Shown here piece by piece: positions 9,365-18,361 of a DNA stretch of 64,000 bases. The stretch spans positions 224,001 to 288,000 of the forward strand of contig CBDESU010000002.1 of assembly GCA_965242695.1 (NCBI GenBank), read 5' to 3'. The notes under the pieces were generated by a model. The model was not told where the DNA came from. It ran no database searches and saw nothing but the letters and a program-made list of their open reading frames with translations. Numbering within the stretch: position 1 is the stretch's first letter; each line of letters opens with the position of its first letter. The DNA comes from Cenarchaeum sp. (GTDB lineage Archaea; Thermoproteota; Nitrososphaeria; Nitrososphaerales; Nitrosopumilaceae). The position numbers were made by a program, and so were the translations under genes.

Positions 9365-11110
9365 ATGGAAAGGCACCTGGACAGCCGCGGGGGCCGCCTG
9401 CCTCGAATCGGTGCAGGGGCCAAGAGGGTGGCCGTCTCCATATCCGAGGCGGCCGCGGAGGGTTCCGAGGGGCAGGCCATGCTGTGGACCGCCTGCAACC
9501 TGCTGTGCAGGCTAAAGGGAGTCGTCGGCGAGCTGGCAGTCTGCGTCCCAGAGGGGGTCGACGTGGCGGCAGGCGCTCCCCCTCCCGCGCCAGGGCGGGG
9601 CGATCTTGGCAGGTCCCTCGTCGACTCGCTCGACGCGTGCTCGCGCGGCTGCGATGTGCGGCTCGCGCAGGGCGAGCCGGAGCAGGGGCTTGATGCCGCC
9701 GTGCTGCTCGGCACGGGCGCACCAGCCGGCACGGGGGCGGCATTCGAGGTCCATGCGGCCTGCTCGGGATGGCTGGCATACGTGTGGCAGGGCTCGAGAC
9801 CCGCGCCGGATGCGGCCGCGCCTAGCGGCGACGGCCACAACCCGTTCGGCGCGGCGACGGCGGCCTGCCTTGCGGTCGGAGAGGTGTTCAAGCGCCTAGG
9901 CGGCCTGGACGTCAAAAAGGGCCGGTTTGCCGAGTCGCTGTGCTTTTCGACCTACGATCTAGAGGTGCATGGAGGACGGGAGGATGCCCCGGCCAACCCG
10001 GCCCTGCCTGCGCATATAGATCTCGGGCGGATTGCGGTCTGCGGCGCCGGCGCAGTGGCGCATGCGTTCTGCCAGGCGATCGCCTCGCTTGGCGAAGTCA
10101 AGGCCGACCTGCTCGTCGTCGACAGAAAGTCCAACTACGCCCTGGGCGACGAGTCCGTCGAGCCGACCAACCTGGCGCGGTACGTCATGGCGACTGGCGC
10201 CGACATAGGGCGCCCCAAGGCCGAGGTACTGTGCGGGAGGATCCGCTCGCCCTGCATACGGGCGGAGCACACCGACGAGGGGATAGAGGCCCTGGCCAGC
10301 AGCGGCGGGCTGTCCGGCGAGGGGCACGTCGTCTCGTGCGTCGACAACAACAGGGCGCGGCACGCCATCCAGGGCTGCATCCCCCGCATCATACGCGGCG
10401 GCAGCGTGTACGACCTGTCCTCCAGGGTGTCCGTATACGACATGGCAGGCGGCACCGCGTGCCTCAGGTGCGAGAACCCCGTCGAGGCGGGCGAGAGCGA
10501 CGAGGGCGTGGCCGAGCGGCTGCGCGACATGGAGCCGGATCGGCGGCGGGCCGAGGCGGGGCGCGCCGGCGTAGACCCCGGCGACCTGGACAGGTACCTA
10601 GAGTCGCCCGCGTGCGGCGCGCTCTCGGGCGATGCGCTGCGCAGGCTCGCCGCCGCCCTTCCCCCCGAATTCTCGGTCAACTTTGCGACCATGCTGAGCG
10701 GCACCCTCCTCGCCGCCGAGGCGTTCAAGGCGGCCTGCCCGCCCCTGCGCCCCGCGCTGGACGGGGCGGCGCGCTCGGACATGTTCTACAGCTTTTGGAA
10801 CTGCCGCCACCGGCTCTCGCGCACGGCGCCGTTCCCCGAGTGCTGGTGCCGCGCAGGGGGCACGACGCCGAGGGACATACATGGAGAAAAGTGGGGGCCG
10901 AAGGCGGCAGCGGCTGGACGGCAAGGGGCAAGCCGCGCCCTGCGCGGCGGGGCGGCGCCGGAGGCGGGCGGGGCGGCAGGAGACGAATGGCGTCCGGCAG
11001 GGGGCCCGAAGGGGAGGGGCGCAGGAGTGGCCGGCCGACTCGAACCCCGCCTCCACGTGCGCCCGCAAGCTGGGGCGGCAGGGCTGCGGCGCGGAGCGTG
11101 GCGCGCATGA
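9365..11110 (+). CDS. E1/ThiF-family Ubl-activating enzyme with N-terminal inactive-adenylation-like domain (BilD-like)
   Basis: IAVCGAGAVA, VEPTNLARY, RPKAEVL, SCVDNNRAR, Zn-site CLRC...ECWC, candidate catalytic Cys in SPACG. N-terminal domain has NPFGAATAACLAVGEVFK. Confidence 0.88.
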   Translation: MERHLDSRGGRLPRIGAGAKRVAVSISEAAAEGSEGQAMLWTACNLLCRLKGVVGELAVCVPEGVDVAAGAPPPAPGRGDLGRSLVDSLDACSRGCDVRLAQGEPEQGLDAAVLLGTGAPAGTGAAFEVHAACSGWLAYVWQGSRPAPDAAAPSGDGHNPFGAATAACLAVGEVFKRLGGLDVKKGRFAESLCFSTYDLEVHGGREDAPANPALPAHIDLGRIAVCGAGAVAHAFCQAIASLGEVKADLLVVDRKSNYALGDESVEPTNLARYVMATGADIGRPKAEVLCGRIRSPCIRAEHTDEGIEALASSGGLSGEGHVVSCVDNNRARHAIQGCIPRIIRGGSVYDLSSRVSVYDMAGGTACLRCENPVEAGESDEGVAERLRDMEPDRRRAEAGRAGVDPGDLDRYLESPACGALSGDALRRLAAALPPEFSVNFATMLSGTLLAAEAFKAACPPLRPALDGAARSDMFYSFWNCRHRLSRTAPFPECWCRAGGTTPRDIHGEKWGPKAAAAGRQGASRALRGGAAPEAGGAAGDEWRPAGGPKGRGAGVAGRLEPRLHVRPQAGAAGLRRGAWRA

Positions 11111-11847
11111 GCGGATACTGGCGGCCGAGCCACGAGGTCCTGCGGGCCAGCAAGAGCGGCAGGCGCCTTGCCGTGCCGAGGCGCCTGCTGGACGCGACGT
11201 ACGACATATTCGCCGAGCACGGGGACCGCCGCGAGGAGTCCGTGGTCTACTGGTACGGGGCCGAGTCGCTCCGCACCGGCCGCGGCGGAAAGATCGACTT
11301 GGTCGCGGCGGTCGGGGTGCCCCGCGGCAGGTACGCCGAGGGGCAGTTCGCGGTGCAGGCCGACGACGCGGCGCGCCTGGGCAGGGCGATGATGTCGCAG
11401 TCCCTCTCGTGCCTGGCGCAGTTCCACACGCATCCCGGCCGCGGCACCGAGCACTCCGACCACGACGACGGGAACGCGATCAGCATGCGCGACGGCTTTC
11501 TGTCGCTCGTCGCGCCCTGCTACGGGGGCGCAGGGCGCTCCCTGCGGGACGGCGTGACCGTTCACGAGGCCTGGGGGCGCCGGTGGTGCGTGCTGGGCGG
11601 CGGGGCGGCCGAAAAAAGAATCTTTGTCATTGACGACATTGTCGACCAGCGGCAACCGCTGCGCGGAGAAAGGGGCGGCGGGGCCGAGGCCGGGACGGGC
11701 GGGGCGCCGCCTGCGCCGCCCGTACTGCGCCGCGCCGGCGCTGGGGACGCAGACGGAACGGCGCCTGGGCGCGGCGCGGCCGGGCCGCTCTCCCGCGCGG
11801 CATCAGTCATACTATGCAGGATAAAGAGGGCTTTCGGCAGGGCGTAG
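11107..11847 (+). CDS. JAB/MPN+ metallo-isopeptidase (deubiquitinase-like, BilC-like, 246 aa)
   Basis: Intact JAMM motif E(ESVVYWYG)...HTHPGRGTEHSDHD. ATG 11107 overlaps the E1 TGA. Low-complexity C-terminal tail. Confidence 0.85.
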   Translation: MSGYWRPSHEVLRASKSGRRLAVPRRLLDATYDIFAEHGDRREESVVYWYGAESLRTGRGGKIDLVAAVGVPRGRYAEGQFAVQADDAARLGRAMMSQSLSCLAQFHTHPGRGTEHSDHDDGNAISMRDGFLSLVAPCYGGAGRSLRDGVTVHEAWGRRWCVLGGGAAEKRIFVIDDIVDQRQPLRGERGGGAEAGTGGAPPAPPVLRRAGAGDADGTAPGRGAAGPLSRAASVILCRIKRAFGRA

Positions 11848-11989
11848 GCAGATCCCGCGTGGGGCGCCGCTGGCCCGGAGGGGCGCGAGGGTGGCGGCGC
11901 GGGGCGCCGTCCCCGGGCGGTGCGGCAGAGCCGCCCGGCGGGCGGTCCTGTCCATGGGGGTGCGGCGCGCCGCTGGCCGCACTTGTGGC

Positions 11990-12606
11990 GCTGGCAGGCG
12001 CGGCCGATGCGACAAGGCTCCTGCCCAGGCACATAATCCTGCTGTACATCTGGTACGCCAAGACGAACGCCTACTAGGACAGCATCGCCATTCAGAGGAG
12101 GATCGGGCAGAAGACTGCGAGTCGCTACATAGCAATCGCCAAGGATGTGCTGTCCCGGACGCTCCCGACGCAGTGCAAATACGGCGGGCACATCCAGAGG
12201 CAGGCCCACATGCGCGAGATGAAAAAGTACCTGCCGGGCCGGACCGCGGCACGCGCATCGAGGACGGCATGCTCAACAGGATGCAGCGGTCGGGGCAGAA
12301 GGGCCCTCACGACAGGTCGTACAACGGGCGCAAAAAGGCCTACATGGCAACACGCTGGGCAGGTTCAGCGCCCGCGGCGAGATGGTCCCGGTGACTCCGA
12401 CCGACAAGGGCACATGCAACGACGTCACCATGGCGAGGAAGTACTGCCTGCACCGGGTCATTGCCACGCAGTGGCTGCACGATCCACACGCGCCGCAGAT
12501 GGACCGCGTGCACCGCATCGACGACACGGAGTTCGCATGCATCGAGACGGAAAAGCCCTGCGCGGACACGTTCGGGCCGGGCCAGAACCACCCCCGCGTC
12601 GACTAG
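11990..12606 (+). pseudogene. IS5/ISL2-like (HTH_Tnp_4 / DDE_Tnp_4) transposase remnant
   Basis: Fragments ILLYIWYAKTNAY*DSIA..IGQKTASRYIAIAKDVL, IEDG..RMQRS..SYNGRKK and KGTCNDVT, interrupted by a stop and frameshifts. Confidence 0.55.
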
Positions 12607-12705
12607 ATCGCAGTCGACGACACGGCCCTCTGGCGCGCCGCATACTGTGGCAGTGAGCGGCTCGGCCACCACCACTAGCGTGCCGGCGATCGGCTACGTG
12701 TACAA

Positions 12706-13677
12706 TCAATGATCGTCAAGTGTAGTCTGAACCGCAGACATGTTTTCGCTACACATCTTGTCCAAGAGAAATTCCCTGACATTCTTTTGGCGTGGTAGTG
12801 CATTAATGCGGTACCTGCCATCAGGAAGTTTTTTCGCTAATTTCATTTTATATAGCGTTTTCAGTCCGCGTGTTATCCAGCGAGTCCTTATCTGACTTTG
12901 CTCACCTTGTAGCCCCGACCAGCTTGCATAGTAGTTGTCAAGTCTACTTTTGAGATCTTCAACTGTCACTGTAATGTAGCCCTTCTTGTCAGCAATCAAT
13001 GGCAGTACGTTTTGGTAAAGCATGGACAGCACATAAAGGTCTGGAGGACTCGCTCTTACAAACAATCTTTTTTCATACCTGGCATGCGTCACCTCTATAG
13101 GCATCTCAATGCAAGCGTTCAGGCGTTTGTCGAAATACTTGCAGCCGGTACTTCCACTATCAAGGCCAAGTCGTATCACCTCCCGGGTCTTTCGACCCTT
13201 TATTTTTACTTCCTCCCAATGACCCAAACATAGATTTGTTGCGGTGATGGATGCACCGCTCTTATTTTTTTGCATCAGGACGCGGGCGTGTTCTACATCA
13301 ACCTTACGGACAAGAAGCAGTATAGAGTGCTCCCTGATTCTACCGTTATTAGTCTTCCATCCCGTCTCAATTTCGGCATATTTGGCGATTTGTTCCCCCA
13401 GGTCACGAACCATGTGCTCCTGGTCCTGCGGCAACGACGACTTGATTTCGCAGACTATTCCTTTTCTGTCATTGTCACACTGGAAAATTGCATCGGGCTG
13501 GACATCTTTTGATGCAGCCGTGCGCATTGTCGGCTCGCTTACCTTGAAGCTGCACTCCTCGTTGGGGCCAAAGGCATCTTTCAGTCCCACAGATACTACC
13601 ACTGTGGCATAGTATGCATCGTATTCAGCGTTGCACCGTTCTCTGCAGTTTTCTGCGGAGTGCTCGTCACCATTCAT
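12706..13677 (-). CDS. PD-(D/E)xK nuclease-like protein with probable C-terminal winged helix (323 aa)
   Basis: VQPDAIFQ...GIVCEIKSS motif; C-terminal WITRGLKTLYKMKLAKKLPDGRYRI. AT-rich; overlaps the upstream gene by 11 nt. Confidence 0.65.
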   Translation of the reverse strand: MNGDEHSAENCRERCNAEYDAYYATVVVSVGLKDAFGPNEECSFKVSEPTMRTAASKDVQPDAIFQCDNDRKGIVCEIKSSLPQDQEHMVRDLGEQIAKYAEIETGWKTNNGRIREHSILLLVRKVDVEHARVLMQKNKSGASITATNLCLGHWEEVKIKGRKTREVIRLGLDSGSTGCKYFDKRLNACIEMPIEVTHARYEKRLFVRASPPDLYVLSMLYQNVLPLIADKKGYITVTVEDLKSRLDNYYASWSGLQGEQSQIRTRWITRGLKTLYKMKLAKKLPDGRYRINALPRQKNVREFLLDKMCSENMSAVQTTLDDH

Positions 13678-14713
13678 ACTCGCCGATCACGCCCTCGTAA
13701 AATGCAGATGCCAGGAACTCTGTAAGTCGCAGCAACGACGCCTCGGATGTCCGGATCTGCGGTATTATGGCCAGTGCATCGTCACCCACAGACCTTACGG
13801 CAATTGTGGAGTTGTCCATTCTGTCCACTATGGATATGTAGAGGTGTGGGTTGCCGGCATGCACTATCACATAGTTGCAGTGTGTATACTCATCGATCAG
13901 ATTGCAAAACCGCTTCATGTCGTCATCGTCTGCGAACACGTCCCTTTTGTACTTGATCAGCAAAGGCTTCGGTTCTTTGTCAGCGCGTTCGCTCCGGCTG
14001 CGGTGCGAAAAGCGGTTGCGGCGTTCTAATCCATTGTCTATGATCGGGCGCAGTACGTTGGCGTATATCCCCTCTACGTTTCCACTGTGGATAGTGATCA
14101 GCCCCTTGCGGGATACAGTTATGTCCATGGCCTCGCGTCCATCTGTGAATGCGCGTAGGCTGTCAATCACCAAGTTCTTTTTTTCGGCGTCTTTGAATAC
14201 ATCTTCGACAGCGTCATACTCGCGGTTCGCAGCAGTTTTGTCCCATTCCAGAGAGGTCTTTGGCATGGTGCCAATGGTCCTTTTCTTCACGGATTTCTTG
14301 TGCTTTAGTGACGCGCCTGTATTCGCCTCAAACTCTGCAAGGATGCTCCTGATTTTTCCAGACTCGGTAAACGGTGCAAGCACCTCCGGCCCTAGTCTCT
14401 TGACGATGCGCTGTACTATGTCAAAAAACCCACCTCCTTCGCCGCTGAACAGGAGCACATGGCTGTCCTGCTGTAGCGAGTGGAGCCTTCCGTTGGTGTC
14501 TTCGCATGTCACTGAATATATGCTATGGGTGAACGAATCGTGCTGGTCCTTGGAGATCATTGCCACCTTGGCGACAGCATGACTCACTGTGGTGATCATG
14601 CTGGAAATGTCCCCCTCCGACATGAGGCACTGGACCTTTAGCGATCTGCACTCCCTCATGTAGGAATTGACCGCCATGGCTAGATCCAGCGGCATGTCTA
14701 TCGAGTCGCTCAC
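13667..14713 (-). CDS. hypothetical protein (348 aa), first gene of an AT-rich two-gene module
   Basis: Long open frame with normal globular composition, coupled to the nuclease-like gene. No motif recognised. Confidence 0.75.
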   Translation of the reverse strand: MSDSIDMPLDLAMAVNSYMRECRSLKVQCLMSEGDISSMITTVSHAVAKVAMISKDQHDSFTHSIYSVTCEDTNGRLHSLQQDSHVLLFSGEGGGFFDIVQRIVKRLGPEVLAPFTESGKIRSILAEFEANTGASLKHKKSVKKRTIGTMPKTSLEWDKTAANREYDAVEDVFKDAEKKNLVIDSLRAFTDGREAMDITVSRKGLITIHSGNVEGIYANVLRPIIDNGLERRNRFSHRSRSERADKEPKPLLIKYKRDVFADDDDMKRFCNLIDEYTHCNYVIVHAGNPHLYISIVDRMDNSTIAVRSVGDDALAIIPQIRTSEASLLRLTEFLASAFYEGVIGEYEW

Positions 14714-15019
14714 GAGGCCTGCGCCCAGGCTAGCTATCTAAACCTTGCCCCTTGTCTCCTTCCGCAGGCCCCGTAGCGGTGCCGCGCGGGACGCTGCATC
14801 CCCTGCGAGGCGCGCGCGTACACGAACGGCGCAGTCGCGCCAAGGCGGCGCGCCGCCATGCGCCAGCCGATGCCACCTGGCGGCTGGCGCGCCGTAGAGC
14901 GCGCGGCAGGCAGAGCCTAGAGCCGGCGGGCGCTGCATCTAGAGCCGCCATCCGCTTGCGCCCCTCCTCCCCTCCTCCCCCCGCCAAGCCTATTAATGCG
15001 CCCGCGCCGGCGGCGGCGC

Positions 15020-15610
15020 ATGGGCGACGCGTACGGGCCGCAGTTCAAGCCTCCCCCGTCGGCGACCGGCAGGAGGCCCCTCCCCTACATAGAGGAGCAG
15101 CTGCATGCGGCCGTTCCCGACCTGTTCACGGGCGCCCACAAGAGCGCGCTGTACGTCGGGGCCAACCGGCGGCGGCAGCACTTTCTTGACGACTTTATCG
15201 CCGCATGCGAGACGGTCACCATCGTAGAGGCGTTTCCCGAGAACGCGCGGTTCCTGAAGGAGGCCTACGAGGGCCCAAGGGTCCGCGTAGTCGAAGGCGA
15301 CGTGCGCAGCATATCCGGCCTCGTCGAGGAGCGGTTCGACGCGTGCTTTTTCTGGCACGGCCCCGAGCACCTCGGCGAGTCCGAGGCGCCCGGCGTGCTG
15401 CGCGCCCTAGAGGCCATGACCGACCGTACAGTGGTCCTCGGCATGCCCTACGGCAGGCACTACCAGGGCGACGAGTACCGCAACAAGTACGAGAGGCACC
15501 TGTGGCACATCTACCCCGAGGACATGCGCAGGCTAGGCTACGAGACGAGCACCGCCGGCAAGGTAGACGACCGCATGGGCAACATGGTCGCGTGGAAGCG
15601 CGTGGGATGA
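15020..15610 (+). CDS. class I SAM-dependent methyltransferase
   Basis: ALYVGA, TIVEAFPEN, VVEGDVRSI, FDACFFWHGPEHL motifs. TATTAAT at 14991-14997 precedes ATG 15020. Confidence 0.75.
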   Translation: MGDAYGPQFKPPPSATGRRPLPYIEEQLHAAVPDLFTGAHKSALYVGANRRRQHFLDDFIAACETVTIVEAFPENARFLKEAYEGPRVRVVEGDVRSISGLVEERFDACFFWHGPEHLGESEAPGVLRALEAMTDRTVVLGMPYGRHYQGDEYRNKYERHLWHIYPEDMRRLGYETSTAGKVDDRMGNMVAWKRVG

Positions 15611-15646
15611 CCTGCGCGGCGCGTCCGCCGGGGCGGCGCCCATCCC

Positions 15647-18361
15647 CTACGGTATCAGCACCGTCTGTATCCTGGTCTCGGCCGGATCGGCGGGCTGCTC
15701 TGGGAACCTGCCGCCCTCGAGCTCGACTGACGCTAGCGCATCGACCGTAGCATGCCCCTCCGTCACCATGCCAAACACCGTGTACTGCCCGTCGAGCCAC
15801 GGCGCATCCCCTAGAACGACAAAGAACTGCGAGCCGGCGCTGTCGATGTCGGCCCCCCTTGCCATCGACACCGCGTACTTTGTGTGCGTCGCCATGCCGC
15901 TGATCTCGGCGGGTATCGCGTAGCCTGGGCCGCCGGCCCCCCACGTCTCGCGCTCGCCCCCTATGGTATTTGGATCCCCGCCCTGCATGACAAACCCGGG
16001 GTTTATCCGGTGGAATATCGTCCCGTCGTAGAAGCCCGCGCTGGCCAGGCTCCTAAAGTTCTCCACCGTGCGCGGCGCAATGTCCGGCCTCAGCTCTATC
16101 GTAAAGTCGCCTGCGGCGGTCCTCACCACGGCAGTCCCGAGCGCCATCCTCTGCTGCTCGGCGATCATCTCCTGCACCTCTTCCATCGTCGGCACGTCCG
16201 GATCGTACTCCTTGTTCACCTCGTACACCAGAACGGCCGTCACCGGCCCCGGCGACTCGCGCCAAAACGTCTCGGACGCGTACGCGAGCCGGAACGGGCC
16301 CGTACCGTCGGGCGGGTACTTCAAGTCCATCGCGTACACGGGCGTGTACCCCGGGACGTACGAGCCGGACTGCTCGTTGGTCATCGGGTTTACGTACGCG
16401 ATGACAGAGTAGGGGATGATCCTGCCGGCCAGGGTGCTGTCCCAAAAGTGGTCAGTCCCCGACAGGCCGTCCACATGCAGGTATTTTTCCACGGGATCGT
16501 CGGCGGCAATCCTCATGAACCACTGCTTCTTGCTCTCGTCGCCGCCCCCGTTGAGCAGGTACGCCCCGACGGGCTCGCTCTGTATCTTTGTCCCCGCCAC
16601 GAATATCAGCACATAGTCGGCCCCCATCTCGTTGAGCCTCTTCCACGCCTCGTCCGGGTCGGCGAGCATCGTCCGCGCGATCTCGCGGATCGCCGACGTG
16701 TCCATCGTCGCGTTGTCGGCAAGCGACGTGCGGTTTCCAAGCGTCGTAATCCAGTACCCGTAGTCCCACCAGGCGGCGACCACGGATCCCTCGGGCGTCT
16801 GCGTCCGCATCCACTCGAGCGAGTCCGGCCAGTCGCCGAACACGGCGCCAAAGTTGGTCCCCCCGTTGAGTATGGTCGGCGGCGCCCGCACGCTGTCGAC
16901 CCAGTTGCCCTGTATGGGGACGACGGTAGGCACGAGAAGCAGGCCGACCACGGCCGAGACGAACGCGATCTTGCCGGCAAGCGGCATGCCGCGCACGTGC
17001 CGCTTTGTGCGCACGTCGGGGCGGAGGGCCTCAGACGCCAGCACTGCAAGCCCTATCGACGAGAGCACGATGACGGCAAGCGATGCGAACAGCTCGAGGC
17101 GGATGAACGTAGAGCTCACGTACGCGCCGGCCACGCCGAATATGAGCGCAAACGCGATCATGTCGGCCGGCAGGCGGATCCTGTACGACCGTATGCGCTC
17201 CCTGTTCGAGAATATCAGCCAGGCGCCGATCCCCGCGAACACCATCAGTATCGACAAAAAGAAGAACGACTGCGCGGTCGTCGTCGTGGCGTGCTCGGCG
17301 ACCGAGTCGACGAGCGGGTCGACCGACCTGAGGAACGGGTTGAGCGCGTTCTGGTACCGGAACGAGGGGAGCGCTATGAACCCCGCCGCGGCGTTGGCGG
17401 CGAGCACGCCGGCGCCGGCTGCGACCGTCCCGCCCAGGAAGATCAGGCCGTTGCGCAGGGCGGCGGCCCTGCGCGAAAAGCGCTGCAGCAGCGACGAGGC
17501 GGCGAGGTACGCGGCCGAGCCGCCGACCAGCACGCCGCCGATCCCCTCGACGAACCCGATCCCCGGCCTCTCAAAGAGCGGCACCGTCCCGAGGAACGCG
17601 ACCGCGAACACTGGCACAGACCACGCAAGGAACGAGTGGTCGCGGCGCAGCAGCGGCAGCGCCAGCAGGAACAGGCACAGGGGCACCACTATGTACTGGA
17701 TGCCGCCCCACGACGCCAGTCCGAACGTGAGCATGACGCCGCCGGCGGCCATGCGGGCCCCGGCGATCGCCCGGCCCCGGGGCGTCCCTCCCCCGTCGCC
17801 TCCCCTAAGCGCGCTCAGGAACAGGTACACGCCGAGCAGGCCGTAGAACAGGCCGACCGGCTCGGACTTGAACCAGCCGATCGTCCCCCTCACTATCACG
17901 GGCACGGACACGGCAAAGAGCAGGGACGCGAACAGGCCGGCCGTCGTCCCGCCGATCACCCTGACCAGCGCGAACACGACGACCGCCGTCAGCGAGCCGA
18001 ACACGGCGGGCACCAGTATCGTAAAGTCGTACAGGGGCATTCCGCCGCCAAAGGCGGCGTACGTGTAGGCGGCCGTAATGTGGAGCATGGTCTGCGAGGT
18101 AGCCGAGATGTCGCGGCCGTTGGGGAACCAGCTCATCGTGTCGTGCCAGTCCAGGTACGCCGGCAGGCCGTGGTCCACGAGGTACTCGGTGGCGCGGTAG
18201 TTGAAGAACGGGTCGAACTCGTTGAGCTCGTACCCAAACTCGGCAGGCTGCGCCCGTATCAGGAACGAGACGGAGAATGCGGCGGCGAGCACACCGACGA
18301 CGAGCAGGTGGTGCAGGCGCAGCTCGAACCGGCCCACGGTCGCCAGGCGGGCGTTGGACAT
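15647..18361 (-). CDS. aglB: oligosaccharyltransferase STT3/AglB fused to C-terminal cyclophilin-type PPIase (~904 aa)
   Basis: EFDPFFNYR, SVAEH, AAWWDYGYWI, DNATM, DESKKQWF with many TM helices; then APRTVENF..FYDGTIFHRINPGFVMQGGDP..SAGSQFF..WLDGQYTVFG. Confidence 0.95.
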   Translation of the reverse strand: MSNARLATVGRFELRLHHLLVVGVLAAAFSVSFLIRAQPAEFGYELNEFDPFFNYRATEYLVDHGLPAYLDWHDTMSWFPNGRDISATSQTMLHITAAYTYAAFGGGMPLYDFTILVPAVFGSLTAVVVFALVRVIGGTTAGLFASLLFAVSVPVIVRGTIGWFKSEPVGLFYGLLGVYLFLSALRGGDGGGTPRGRAIAGARMAAGGVMLTFGLASWGGIQYIVVPLCLFLLALPLLRRDHSFLAWSVPVFAVAFLGTVPLFERPGIGFVEGIGGVLVGGSAAYLAASSLLQRFSRRAAALRNGLIFLGGTVAAGAGVLAANAAAGFIALPSFRYQNALNPFLRSVDPLVDSVAEHATTTTAQSFFFLSILMVFAGIGAWLIFSNRERIRSYRIRLPADMIAFALIFGVAGAYVSSTFIRLELFASLAVIVLSSIGLAVLASEALRPDVRTKRHVRGMPLAGKIAFVSAVVGLLLVPTVVPIQGNWVDSVRAPPTILNGGTNFGAVFGDWPDSLEWMRTQTPEGSVVAAWWDYGYWITTLGNRTSLADNATMDTSAIREIARTMLADPDEAWKRLNEMGADYVLIFVAGTKIQSEPVGAYLLNGGGDESKKQWFMRIAADDPVEKYLHVDGLSGTDHFWDSTLAGRIIPYSVIAYVNPMTNEQSGSYVPGYTPVYAMDLKYPPDGTGPFRLAYASETFWRESPGPVTAVLVYEVNKEYDPDVPTMEEVQEMIAEQQRMALGTAVVRTAAGDFTIELRPDIAPRTVENFRSLASAGFYDGTIFHRINPGFVMQGGDPNTIGGERETWGAGGPGYAIPAEISGMATHTKYAVSMARGADIDSAGSQFFVVLGDAPWLDGQYTVFGMVTEGHATVDALASVELEGGRFPEQPADPAETRIQTVLIP

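Noticed and set aside
9940-11106. N-terminal extension of JAB2 (635-aa ORF), and likewise of JAB1 from 8570
   Set aside because: These overlap E1/E2 in another frame with shadow composition; ATGA overlaps define the true starts.
8006-11847. ThiS/MoaD sulfur-carrier, SAMP or CBASS Cap2/Cap3 locus
   Set aside because: A separate E2 and a two-domain E1 argue against sulfur relay or SAMPylation; there are no cofactor-synthesis genes and no CD-NTase.
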